Assembly: GCF_001194135.2 (NCBI RefSeq)
Contig: NC_068981.1
Location: 127,435,752-127,499,751, forward strand
DNA length: 64,000 bases
Direction of reading: 5' to 3'
From: Octopus bimaculoides
Taxonomy: Eukaryota
The notes beneath the pieces were generated by a model that worked only from the letters and a program-made list of their open reading frames with translations, did no database searches and was not told the DNA's origin. A program made the position numbers and the translations under genes. Position 1 is the first letter of the stretch. Each line of letters opens with the position of its first letter. This document shows positions 52,701-64,000 of the stretch, one piece after another.

Positions 52701-55700
52701 CAAATTTAGTGTACAGGCAGGAGTTCGCCATCTATTTCTATCTCTCTCTCTCTCTGACTGTCTCTCTGCCTTTCTCTCTCTCTGACTGTCTCTCTGCCTT
52801 TCTCTCTAACCCTATCTCTCCTTTCTCTCCTCTCTTTTACCTACTGGTATAGTCAGGTATCTCCTCTTTCATAAGATACCTATCTCTATCCCTGTATTAT
52901 ACACTAACCTCTGGTACAGTAACACGTCCTGTGGTTCCACTCCCTCTCCTGATGGAGGCATGTGGCTTAGTGGTTAGAGCGTTGGACTCATGATTGTGAG
53001 ATTGTGGTTTCGATTCCTGGACAGGGCGATGCATTGTGTTCTTGAGTAAAACATCTCATTTCATGTTGCTCCAGTCCCCTCAGCTGGCAAAAAGGAGTAA
53101 TCCTGCATGGACTGGCGTCCTGTTCAGGTAGGGAATTTATACATCATGGAAATTGGGAAACCGGTCCTTATGAGTTGGCATGACTTGAGAAGCTAACTTT
53201 TTTTACTTCCTCTCCCAGTTGAGTGGTCTTTGTCTTGCTGGTGTCAGTGCCACAAAAAAGTGTCCAGTTTATTTTGTAAAGTGGCTGGCATTAGGAAGGG
53301 CATCCAGCTGTAGAGACCATGCCAAAACAGACTAGAGCCTGGTACAGTTCCCTGGCTTGCCAGTTCCTGTCACATTGTCCAACCCATGCCAGCATGGAAG
53401 ATGGATGTTAAATGATGATGATATGGAGGAATCTAAACTCAAAATGTAGAGATAAAACTAATTCATACCTAATATCTTCATTGACACAGAGCTTCAGATT
53501 TATAGAGGAGGGTTTATTTTATTTAATTCCAATACATGTGTGCTGCTTCATCAACCCCAGAGGTGTTGAAGGCAAAGGTAATTATAATAGAATTTCAACT
53601 AAAAACCATAGAAGTGTGAAACTATGTACTATTAGGTATTTAACTCACTCTACTCACCTTCCTGATACTCATGTTTGATAATAGTAAATGTTACAGTGAA
53701 CCACCATAGTTTCATAAAACTCGTATTTCACTGGTGTTAAGCAGATAAGAGATGAATCATTCATGTCTATAGAATATCAATCTAAGACAAATAATATTTC
53801 CAGAGGATTTAGAATCTATTCATCACAGTCAGGATGTGGAGGCGCAATGGCCCAGTGGTTAGGGCAGCGGACTCGCGGTCATAGGATCGCGGTTTCGATT
53901 CCCAGACCGGGCGTTGTGAGTGTTTATTGAGCGAAAACACCAAAAGCTCCACGAGGCTCCGGCAGGGGATGGTGGCGAACCCTGCTGTACTCTTCCACCA
54001 CAACTTTCTCTCACTCTTACTTCCTGTTTCTGTTGTGCCTGTAATTCAAAGGATCAGCCTTGTCACACTATGTCGCACTGAATATCCCTGAGAACTACGT
54101 TAAGGGTACATGTGTCTGTGGAGTGCTCAGCCACTTGCACGTTAATTTCACGAGCAGGCTGTTCCGTTGATTGGATCAACTGGAACCCTCTACGTCGTAA
54201 GCGACGGAGTGCCAACAACAACAACATCACAGTCAGGTATATTGAGGTCAATGGTTATATGTTTTCTGTTTATAGACTCAAAGAAATCCTTGCAACGCAC
54301 ATCAATTCTTGATTGGTTATGCATTTGGTTGTTTCATTTCTGTCTTCATATTTACCTGCTTTATTTTGATACTGACTTAATAAATTTTTTTTAAAGGCAT
54401 AGCAATTGTGTAAATTTCTAGCTTTCAGAGTTCAACTGCTCCTGCCTATGGGAGAAGTAAACCAAAAAATACTTGAGTTAAATAGTTAGATTACACTTTG
54501 CTTCCCAGTGGTACAAGATAAAGCTATGTGGAATCTGGTGAATTACAGACCTGTCTGGCACATTGGTTCAGGATCTTAAAGCAACAATGATAAGAACAAG
54601 AGCACTGACATGAGAGTTAGATATGACTTTCAAATTTTGGCACAAGGCCAATGATTTTGGATGAGGAGTTAAGTCGATTACATTGAACCCAGTGTTCAAC
54701 TGGAGTCAATGTAATCAACTGGTATCAACTGTCCTGCCTTTAAAAAAAATTTATTAAGTCAGCATCAAAATAAAGGAGGTAAATATGAAGACAGAACCGA
54801 AACAACCAATAAAGAATTGATGTGTGGTGCAAGGATTTCTTTGAGTGTATAAATAGAACAATTTTATCAACCTCGAAAGGATGAAAGGCAAAGTTGACAG
54901 TAGCAGAATTTGAACTCAGAACATAAAAATGGACGAAATGCCACTAAGCTTTTGGTCTGGCCAAGCTAATGATTTTGCCAGCTCACCACCTTAGAGTTAG
55001 ATATTAACAAGGGTGTTATGTATTGTTAATGTCATAGATACTACATTAGTTAATGGCTTTCGGTCTCATTCACTTTTGAAGAATGCATTCCTAAATAAGA
55101 CAGTACATCTTTTGGTTAAACAATATGACCCATGGTACTATATTCCCATTTCATAAAGTATTGGAGAAAATAATGAGCTTCAAACTGGTAATTTCAATTA
55201 TTCATATTCCAAACTTATTCAGCCTACAATTCACGGGCTGCATACAGCATTTTGTGATTTCCCATGCTATGATGAAAAACTTTTCTTTAAAACAATGTAT
55301 CCCTTCTCATTTACCTAGCTGTATAGCTCTGTATGCATATATCTTAAATTTGAAAGTCTGTCTAATCCATAACAAACAAATGTAAAGTTATTTGAAATCT
55401 TTTGGTTACAAGCTTTCGTTTCATGAACTTCTCTTTTTAAATTATTTTTTTCAGAGCAAAAGCACGCATCAAACTTCAAAAAGAGTCCAAAAACATGCCC
55501 AAAGCACAAAGAGATGCTAAATTACATGATCTTCATAAAAGAATTCGGGTACTTATTAATTTTCTTAATTGTTTATACTTTCATATTGTTATACTTTTTG
55601 TTATATTTTATAACAAGCTTAAAAGCAGCACTCCATGTGGACTTTTAGGCTAGCTCCTGCAGAGGGCTAATTAGACCTTTGGCCCAAAACTAAAAACAGC

Positions 55701-56006
55701 AATAATAATGAAACATTTATTGGTATCCTACCATCTCAGATTTATATCACAGAGTATCACATTTGGGGAATTTTGTATTGCTGTGACATTTTGAGATCAC
55801 TGTAAAACAGCAGGATGAACAACATTCTTGGTTGGCAGACAGAATGTTGCATTTATTGTTGTAGGTAACAGAGGTAATTGTCACAAAGTTTTGGTATTAA
55901 ATTCAAAAAATTTTCTGATACGGAATGTCCTGGTTATTATTATTATTGCTAAGGGAGGTAACTCTTGTAAACCGTTTGAAACATCTTATGGTCACTTTAC
56001 CTGCTA

Positions 56007-56075
<69 letters not shown>

Positions 56076-59000
56076 CAGCCCAAATGCTCTTGCAGCAGAT
56101 CCCAATGTTTGATGTTCAAGAACCAAATGAAGGTTAGATTTTCAATCCCCGGATCATTCTGATTCCAAAAAGGTATAATATGTCTATGTAGAGCGAATGT
56201 CGACTGAGATACAAGGGTTCCAGATAGACAGACAGAATTTCACTTTTATTTATATAGATTATAATCAACAATGATGATGATGATGATTTATAATTATAAT
56301 TTTCTTAGCACTCTGTGTATCGCACTTAAAGTAGACACATTTTTGAAAGCCTTATAAGCTGTAGTATTCATCTCAAAAAGTGTCTCTTGTAGACATGTAG
56401 TGCAAAAAACTCTGAAATATATCAGTAGCAACCAAAAGCCATCCAGCAGTGGTGGTGGCATTGCTAAATATGGATTTCTGCTTCTTGGGGCTTCATTAAT
56501 AGTAAGTAACCATTGGCATCTGCATGCTGGTTACTTGCTACTGAGGAAACTTGAAGAAGCATAAATATGTATTTAGCAGTGTTGGATGATTTTCATCTAC
56601 TGTTGAAATATTCTGAGTTTTTTAACACTGTCAAACAAGAGATGCTTTCTTGAGATGAATATGACGGTTTATAAGGCTCTCAACAGTGTATTTACTTTAA
56701 GTACAATACACAGATTGCTATTTTGAACTAATGTTGCTTCTCTCACTAATAATGAATTTAAAAAAATTTTCTTAATTACATTTTAACTGGTATAAAATAT
56801 TTTTGTTTTTATACTCAAATTATTGTAGAAATTAAAATTTCTCTTTTTAGAGGATGAATCAATCATAAGTGAATAGGTATTTTATCTGTTGATGGTTTAG
56901 TGTTGTTAAAGCAAATTAGGTGGCTTTGAGAGCAGTGTTTTTCTTAACTGTATTATTTATTGTGTTCAGGACATTCACTTTAAATTGGAAAACAAGTATT
57001 TATCGTTAACATTAGCTAAAAATAATAACACATAACATCACTACTAGTACTACTAATAATATCAGTATTATTGTTTTGAAATTAACACAAAAAGCTGCAT
57101 CTGAATATTTCATAGTTTTAAAATCAAACCCTTTCAGAATCAGGTTTGTCTTACATCTCCCTAAGGTTGATCAAATAATTACCAACTAAATGTTCTTTTT
57201 CATTTGCAAAATTTCTAGGTTTGGAGAGCGTCTGAGCTGGTATTCTCAAAAGCATGAAATGTGACTCATATTTCCTATTCTACTCACATTATTCAACCTT
57301 CCCTTTCTCTTTGCCATCAGAATTAGAACAAGCACCCACTACACTCTCTGAGTGGTTGGCGTTAGGAAGGGCATCCAGCTGTAGAAACTCTGCCAAATGC
57401 TGTGTGTGAGAAGACCCGGCACGCCAAGTGAGACCTAAATCTAAGGCCTCAGCCAGGCCACTTATGCGTACCTTCCTTCATTGGACACTAAACTCCACTT
57501 GCGAAGACCTGTTGAGGCAAGTGAAATCGAAATCGAGTTAAATTCGACGACTGGTACCCATGCCAACGTCGGGGCAAGCGAAAGCAAAATCGTGATGGCA
57601 CCTGTGCCCAGCGTCGCCTTTCTGGCACTTGTGCCCGCGGCATGTGTAAGGAATTTCGAGAGAGATCGTTGCCAGTGCCCCTGGACTGGCTCTTGNNNNN
57701 NNNNNAACAAGCACCCACTACACTCTCTGAGTGGTTGGCGTTAGGAAGGGCATCCAGCTGTAGAAACTCTGCCAAATCAGATTGGAGCCTGGTGTAGCCA
57801 TCTGGTTTCACCAGTCCTCAGTCAAATCGTCCAACCCATGCTAGCATGGAAAGCGGACATTAAACGACGACGATGATGATGATGATGAAGCAAGCAATTG
57901 TATATCCCATACCCTTAAAAGAGATCTTTATGGTCTTGCTAATTATTACTCTATTTCTCTTACTCTCAATCTACAGTCTTAAAGTAACAGATATAATCAT
58001 TGACAATCAGCTCTTACAGTATCTTCAATATCACATCTTCAAAGTGATCAATGTAGTTATAAAACCTTTGATCTATACAAAACAAATAATTTCAACCTTT
58101 AGAAAATTGTGCAAAATTAAAGCTATATCATCTGAATCTGAAACATTTCCTTACCAGATAAAACCTATTGAATTTCTTACAAAATCCACACTTGTGTCTT
58201 ACCCAAACTTTGTACCATGTGTTATATATAAACTTTCTGGCAAAGGTTTACACCATACAAAACTTCATATGCCCATATGTTTAACTCCATTCAGTATCAT
58301 CCAATTTTTCAAACTTCAAATTAACCTAAACTATCTTCTACTTCCTCCCTTCAACATCATCATCATTTAACATCTGTTTTCTATGCTTGGCCTGAATAGG
58401 ATGGTTTGACTGGAGCTGGCTAAGAAGGAGATTGCACCAAGCTTCATTGTCTGTTTTGGCATGGCTTATATGATTAGATGCCCTTCATAACACCAACTAC
58501 CTTCAGAGTGGATTGAGTACTTTTTATGTGCCACCAGCACCGAGGTCTGTTTCCACATAAAAGACCACACAACAAACTTCACCAACTGTAATTCATGAGG
58601 ACTTTTGCAAAACCATGGTCATTCTTTAGTTTCACTGATTAACCCTATCATGCCATGAACCCATTATAGTGGGAATAGCTGAAATGTAATCTCTAGCAGA
58701 TTCCCATTAAAGCTGTAATGAACAACAGTCATAGAAAAAGAAGATAAAATACTAAAAATAGTCAAACAATCACTTTGCAGCTTTGAGTCAAGTCTGTTTA
58801 TGATTTATTGTTAATGCTGTATCCCATAGTTGTTGTCTACTTTTGTTTTTAATTTTAAAAAATGGGGTTTTTGCAATGAAATGAGCATATGATGAACCCA
58901 GCACTTCATTTGGTAAACAAGCAGGGCCTAGACTTTTTGCAGCTAAGGAAATTATTTATTCTTCAGATGAAGTGTTTACCCTTATGCAAGCATAAATTTT

Positions 59001-61986
59001 TTTTTTTTGTGATTTTGCCCATTAGTTTGCCTGCAGTCGTTATTCTTGAGCTGAGTATGCAACTATTTACCTTTTTTGCTCAGGAATCCGGATGGAAGGT
59101 AAAGGGCTTGGGTCTGAGAACCACAAATAAAATCTCTCAAATTATGCTAAGTGATATTGCTGTATAATTATAGAATTATTCTTCACTTTCATCTTGTGTT
59201 GTGTTGTCATAATTTCCTTTTTGTCTCAATATTTTGTAGTCTGTGTCTAATGAATGCAGTCAGATAGGAGATAACCGCCCTCTTTCATTCTGTCAGTTTA
59301 GTCCAGATTCATCTATGCTTGCTGTGGCATCTTGGTAAGTAGACAACATTCCTCTTCAGTGGCAGTAAAGATTTTCATCTTTTATTTCTGTGTTACATTT
59401 ATCTTTACCATATCATCATATTTAGAGCTATTTTTATAAATTTAGATATTGTTTGCTAGAAATTTTGTAGTTAAATGTCCTTCTATTGCTAACCAGTCAG
59501 GAGTTGAACTTAATGTGAACAGGCAGGCTGTTAACTTCATTTTTTTTCAAAATCAAGAAATGAGCTTAGCAGTGCAGTTCTACTCTACAGGGGTTCATTA
59601 AATACTGACAGCTCTGTCTAAGTTATGACATAATAAAAATAAAGATTTTATTAATTACTGATGATGAGTAATGGTAAACATTATCATTTGATTTAGTGTT
59701 GATTTTCTTTGAATTATCTTTTCTGATTTTGGCTATTTAATCTCTTATCTATTATTCAGGTCTGGTTTATGTAAACTTTGGTCTGTCCCTGACTGCAGTT
59801 TGATCCGTACTCTCCGAGGTTTGTAAATTCTAAGTGTATACACAAACACACACACACACACACACATGCACATGCACGCATACACGCATGCACACACACA
59901 CACACATCATAAACCATCATCATTTTGACATCCACTTTCTGATGCTTTCATGGGCCAGAGAATATGTTGAAGTGGATTTTTCACAGCTGGACGCTCTTCT
60001 TGTTGCCAACCCACACCTATTTCCAAGTAAGGTAATATTTCCCCATGACCGGGCATGTTTTCAGGGAAAATTGGAAACAAAGGACACTGTATGTATGATG
60101 GTGGCACTCATAACTATTACATGGTGTCAAGGAAAGAAGATAGTAACACACACACACATGCACACAGGTACACACATGCACAAACACATATGACAGGCTT
60201 CTTTCAGTTTCTCTTTACCACATCCAGTCACAAGGTTTTGGTCAGCCTGTGACTATAGTAGAAGACACTTACCCATGGTGCTACGCAGTGGGACTGAACC
60301 TGAAACCATGTGGTTGGGAAATAAACTTCTTACGACACAGCCATGTCTGCTCCTATTAGCTGCTTCTGTCTTTTACAAATCTGAAAAATGATTGTAAAGT
60401 GTTACAAGGAAGAATACAACTATTGAACAATGATTCTTGTCATTATCTTGTCACTTTGTCACCTTGTTTATTTATAGGCCATAACTGTAATGTAGGAGCA
60501 ATTGTGTTCCATCCTCAAGCGACTCTTACTATGGATGATGCAGCTTGCTGTCTGGCTTCTTGTGGACAAGATGGCACAGTAAAACTCTGGAACCTTATAA
60601 GGTAGTATTTGTTTATGGGTATTTATTATCTACACTGTCTATGCACTACATGATATTTTAAATATTTTTAATTTGGTTCAAAAGTCAGACAAAATCCTAA
60701 AAAATGTAGGCAGGTTGCACTTTTGGCTTCTTCACTTTACATTGTTAAGTAGCTCATACTAGTTCTAACCAATCAGTCTCTGGCAGAAAAGTAAGTATTT
60801 AATTTTTTTTTAGTTCTGTAAATCATTATTCTGAAAACTAAGGTATACTGAAGTGTTTGGTTTTGTAGAACATAATTTCGAAGCAAATATCATTTTCCAA
60901 TATTTTATTGAAGTGTCATCACTAAATATTTGCATGTAACCTCTTTTTACACAGTGAAATAACTCAATCACTTCAACACTGCTGGAATCTATATCTATTT
61001 AATGACTTAGTACCTGATGCCATCTAACAATAATTAATTATTGATAGCATTTTTCTGTTTCATTTAGTGATGAACCAGTAGCTGATATTGAAGGCCATGC
61101 CCCATACCGAGTGTCTAGACTGGCTTATCACCCTTCTGGAAGATTCCTTGGAACCTGTTGGTCAGTTATATTCTTTATAAACTGAGATTTTATTTTTTTT
61201 ATACATCACAAGTAAATGACAGTCTTATGTTCAACTCCACTATATAGTACTTTAGGAAAGTATCTCCCACCATAACTTTCATACAGAATACCAATAAAGC
61301 AGTGCATTCAGACAAAATTAAACTACCTTATGGTCTTTATTTTGCATGAGTTGCATGGCACTCCCTTATCGCTCTTTCTATCTGAAAAAAGTGAACTAAT
61401 GATAGGCTCATTGGAAACTATTGTTCACAAAATATATGGTATAAATAAAAAATCTTTTTCTTGGAATAGTGCTGCTCTTAACATATATCCTGGACAATGG
61501 TAAGCTCCTTTTAACTACCATAATCTTTTCTTATTGTTTAACATTTTAGCTTACTCTTCTTCTTATTTTGATTAGTGAATAATTCTCCAAGCAGCTTGTC
61601 TCCATAAGAATACACAAATACCCTGGTAAATTTATAATATGTTTGATGTGGCTGCAAATATATTGTAAGCTGATGATAATGGTTAGGGTTACAAGAGGAT
61701 TTTATGCAGATATTGGAGTTGTAGGTCTGATCGGTAAGATAGCACAGAACACTGGAGATGGGCTCTCAGTCTGAGCAGTAGACAAAATAGGTAGAGGATA
61801 GCACTGATGATAAATGTTTATTATTGCTGTTATTACAGTTTATTCATGTCTTTAATATTGTAGTTTTGACAATTCTTGGCGACTCTGGGATCTGGAAGTA
61901 CAGGAAGAAATTCTTCATCAAGAAGGACACAGTAAACCTGTCTATTGCATTGCTTTCCAGAAAGATGGTGCTCTAGCAAGTACAGG
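47075..61986 (+). CDS. PRPF4: U4/U6 snRNP protein Prp4 (WD40), coding exons 1-11; gene continues beyond the window
   Basis: Spliced translation gives [116 protein letters not shown] and [15 protein letters not shown]. These match PRPF4, and all phases are consistent. Confidence 0.97.
47383..47459 (+). CDS. PRPF4: PRPF4 coding exon 2
   Basis: GAVFEID..EFERRKR; ttcag| and |gtgggt. Confidence 0.93.
48663..48735 (+). CDS. PRPF4: PRPF4 coding exon 3
   Basis: [15 protein letters not shown]; |gtaagt. Confidence 0.95.
49289..49413 (+). CDS. PRPF4: PRPF4 coding exon 4
   Basis: [14 protein letters not shown]; |gtagag. Confidence 0.95.
49624..49730. repeat. (CA)n(CT)n microsatellite
   Basis: Direct reading. 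Confidence 0.9.
50594..50673 (+). CDS. PRPF4: PRPF4 coding exon 5
   Basis: [14 protein letters not shown]; |gtgagt. Confidence 0.93.
52400..52735 (+). mobile_element. Degraded RTE reverse-transcriptase fragment in a PRPF4 intron
   Basis: [37 protein letters not shown]. Confidence 0.75.
52952..53200 (+). mobile_element. Older tRNA-derived SINE
   Basis: GGAGGCATGTGGCTTAGTGGTTAG..GGTTTCGATTCC head related to the 775 SINE, with a different body. Confidence 0.6.
53834..54224 (+). mobile_element. tRNA-derived SINE, full length, perfect 13-bp TSD
   Basis: TSD CATCACAGTCAGG at 53821-53833 and 54225-54237; (AAC)n tail; close copy of 775-1161. Confidence 0.9.
55455..55548 (+). CDS. PRPF4: PRPF4 coding exon 6
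   Basis: [14 protein letters not shown]; |gtactt. Confidence 0.9.
56011..56093. repeat. (TA)n microsatellite
   Basis: Direct reading. Confidence 0.95.
57327..57888 (+). mobile_element. RTE-LINE 3' region spanning a 10-N gap
   Basis: ORF-end GAGAAGACCCGG, 3'UTR and (GAC)(GAT)n tail; 57327-57397 duplicates 57706-57776. Confidence 0.75.
59240..59334 (+). CDS. PRPF4: PRPF4 coding exon 7
   Basis: [17 protein letters not shown]; |gtaagt. Confidence 0.95.
59760..59818 (+). CDS. PRPF4: PRPF4 coding exon 8
   Basis: [15 protein letters not shown]; |gtttgt. Confidence 0.95.
60478..60601 (+). CDS. PRPF4: PRPF4 coding exon 9
   Basis: [21 protein letters not shown]; |gtagta. Confidence 0.95.
61068..61160 (+). 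CDS. PRPF4: PRPF4 coding exon 10
   Basis: [20 protein letters not shown]; |gtcagt. Confidence 0.95.
61864..61986 (+). CDS. PRPF4: PRPF4 coding exon 11
   Basis: [29 protein letters not shown]; |gtgagt. Confidence 0.95.
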
Positions 61987-63784
61987 GTGAGTGTGCAAGT
62001 TTATTTAAGTCCATGTTTTCACAAATACTAAATGCAAGAAGCTTCTTTAGATTTCTCTTCTAATAAGTAGGTGGTATTGATTTTTTGTTTTTATTTTCGA
62101 GGTTGATTCTCTGTCTAGTTAATGTTGAGTGTGAGAGTTTTCTTTCAAAACAGTGTTCCTGTAATTACAAGGTATGAGTGAGTTGCTTTTTAATAAAGCT
62201 ACTGCTTTGGAATATACAAGTGAGTGAGTAAGTTAGTTTGTTTTCTTTTTCTTTTTTTACTTTTTTTTAACAACAATACTCTGATGTATATCAGGTATGA
62301 GGAGATCTTTTAGATTTGTAGTGAGTATAATTTGGGTGTTTGTAATGCATAAAGACATAATAAGGTTTGAGTGTGATTGATTCCTTAAGAGTATGCCTTA
62401 ACAAGTACAGAGTGAGAAAGTATCCCTGGAATTGTAAGTAATTTTTTAATCTTCAGTTTGTCAGGCAGATTGTTTATTCACAACAATTTTTTTTAAAAGC
62501 TAAGTTGATGATTCTTCCTTTTGACTGCTTTTTTGAAACAGTGAAAGAAGGTATCAGCAAGAATTGTGTAGTCTTGTCTCCACTGTTGTGAAGAGAACAC
62601 TTGTTTGTTTCTCTGTTGGGGTATGGAATTATTCCAAAGTACGATATGTAAAGTGGAGGTGTGTGTATTCCAGTCCACTCAACTGGCAAAAATGAGTAAT
62701 CCTATGACAGACTGGTGTCCCATCCACTGGGGAATATATACACCATGGAAACGAGGAAACTGGCCCTATGAGTCTATATTACTCAGGAAGGAACTTTACT
62801 ACCATAACTAAAAGAAACCTTAAATCACCACTTTTCAAAAAAAGCTGGGATGTGGTTTGATGTGTTCAGTATGATGGTAGGGAGAAATCAAGCTTCAAGA
62901 AACGTCTGTCATTGACCTCTTGTTTTTTCATCTTGACTATTCTATATGTTCACAGAATAAGCTACAGCACCATCACTTCGTAAAAAAATCTATGTATGGT
63001 GCTTATAAAGGGTGATCTAAAAAGAAAACTCTAAAAAATACTTCTCAAAAACATCTCAGAATAGAAATTAGAAGAATCTTGCCAGATCAAAAGCTGTTGT
63101 CGATTGATTTCTTATTTTTCTATCTTCTGTATCATTTTACTGATAAAAAAAATTATATCATGCATAACCTTGTGAATGTCCACTTAATAAACAAGAGTTA
63201 TAAACAGTACTTTTTTTTTAACAATATTATATTTTTGTATTAAACCCTACTTCAATGCAGTCTGTTTGTCACCAGTGAATGGAGAAATACGGTATAGGAA
63301 CAGTATGAATATATTTTACAAGATAATAATGATATTTGAATTTTTTTCTAATGCAGTGGTGTAACATCCTATCATATAAACAATATTTGAAAGTGTTACC
63401 AGACTAAGGAAGGGTTAAGAACAATTAGATGGTGGTAGGGGTTGAGTTTTCAATAAGGATGGGCAGTATTTTTAATTTGTAAAGAAACAGAAGAAAAAGA
63501 AAACTGCACCTGACAAGCAGGCTGGTTGTGTGAGGTTAGTCTTGTTTCTTTTGCTTTTCAAGTTTGGTAATTGTTGAAGATATTTGAATGACAATAGCTT
63601 CTGTGCAAGCTTATTCAGAAAGCATTTTGCCTAATGTTTAATACTTGGGTGATTTGGGTGAGGAAATGTTTGTATAATGACAAGAGATAAAAGAAATGAA
63701 TATTGTTAGATAAAAATTGGTGCAAGCTAGTCTCCAACAGTAGAATTACAATACATTATAAAAATGACCTTGATTTATGTAAGG

Positions 63785-64000
63785 ATCATCATCATCATCA
63801 TCATCGTTTAACGTCCGCTTTCCATGCTAGCATGGGTTGGACGATTTGACTGAGGACTGGTGAAACCGGATGGCAACACCAGGCTCCAGTCTGATTTGGC
63901 AGAGTTTCTACAGCTGGATGCCCTTCCTAATGCCAACCACTCCGAGAGTGTAGTGGGTGCTTTTTACGTGCCACCGGCATGAGGGCCAGTCAGGCGGTAT
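63785..64000 (-). mobile_element. RTE-LINE 3' end, continues beyond the window
   Basis: (CAT)n CGTTTAACGTCCGCTTTCCATGCTAGC, same terminus as 17941 and 26943. Confidence 0.88.

Larger units (their letters stand above)
18172..57705. other. Assembly gaps at 18172-18915, 19903-20617, 27186-28104, 32828-33316, 36035-36121 and 57696-57705
   Basis: Runs of N, each inside or adjacent to a repeat. Confidence 1.

Noticed and set aside
57327-57776. Apparent rearranged or duplicated RTE 3' segment around a 10-N gap
   Set aside because: The duplicated 70 bp sits at a contig edge and is most simply an assembly overlap artefact
57873-58370. 165-aa ORF starting in the (GAT)n tail
   Set aside because: Start codons come from the repeat tail; AT-rich intronic sequence with no recognisable domain

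Overview
AT-rich, repeat-dense eukaryotic DNA with six N gaps. The repeat landscape (RTE LINEs with (GAT)n tails, tRNA-derived SINEs, long microsatellites) suggests a cephalopod such as Octopus; this is an inference. Three spliced + strand genes were rebuilt by hand from GT-AG sites and phase continuity. (1) The last three coding exons of a Q/P/G/Y/M-rich protein resembling the QPGY region of SS18/CREST, carrying 33 tandem GPPG(S/G/P)M(Q/S) heptads (1313-5239). (2) An unnamed ~245-aa protein with two tandem DUF1330-like domains (25878/30246-39032). The ORF track misses it as a gene. It has a candidate RFX X-box promoter at ~21.7 kb and a 3' splice site whose polypyrimidine tract is a long (CTT)n microsatellite. 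(3) PRPF4, first 11 coding exons (47075-61986), continuing past the window. Mobile DNA includes a Merlin-like transposon with ~390-bp TIRs and 9-bp TSD, a 122-bp MITE enclosing telomere-like repeats, Penelope remnants with hammerhead-like motifs, a palindromic element with 11-12-bp TSDs, Chapaev-like and Helitron remnants, RTE LINEs and SINEs. Family names come from recalled motifs; no database search was run.
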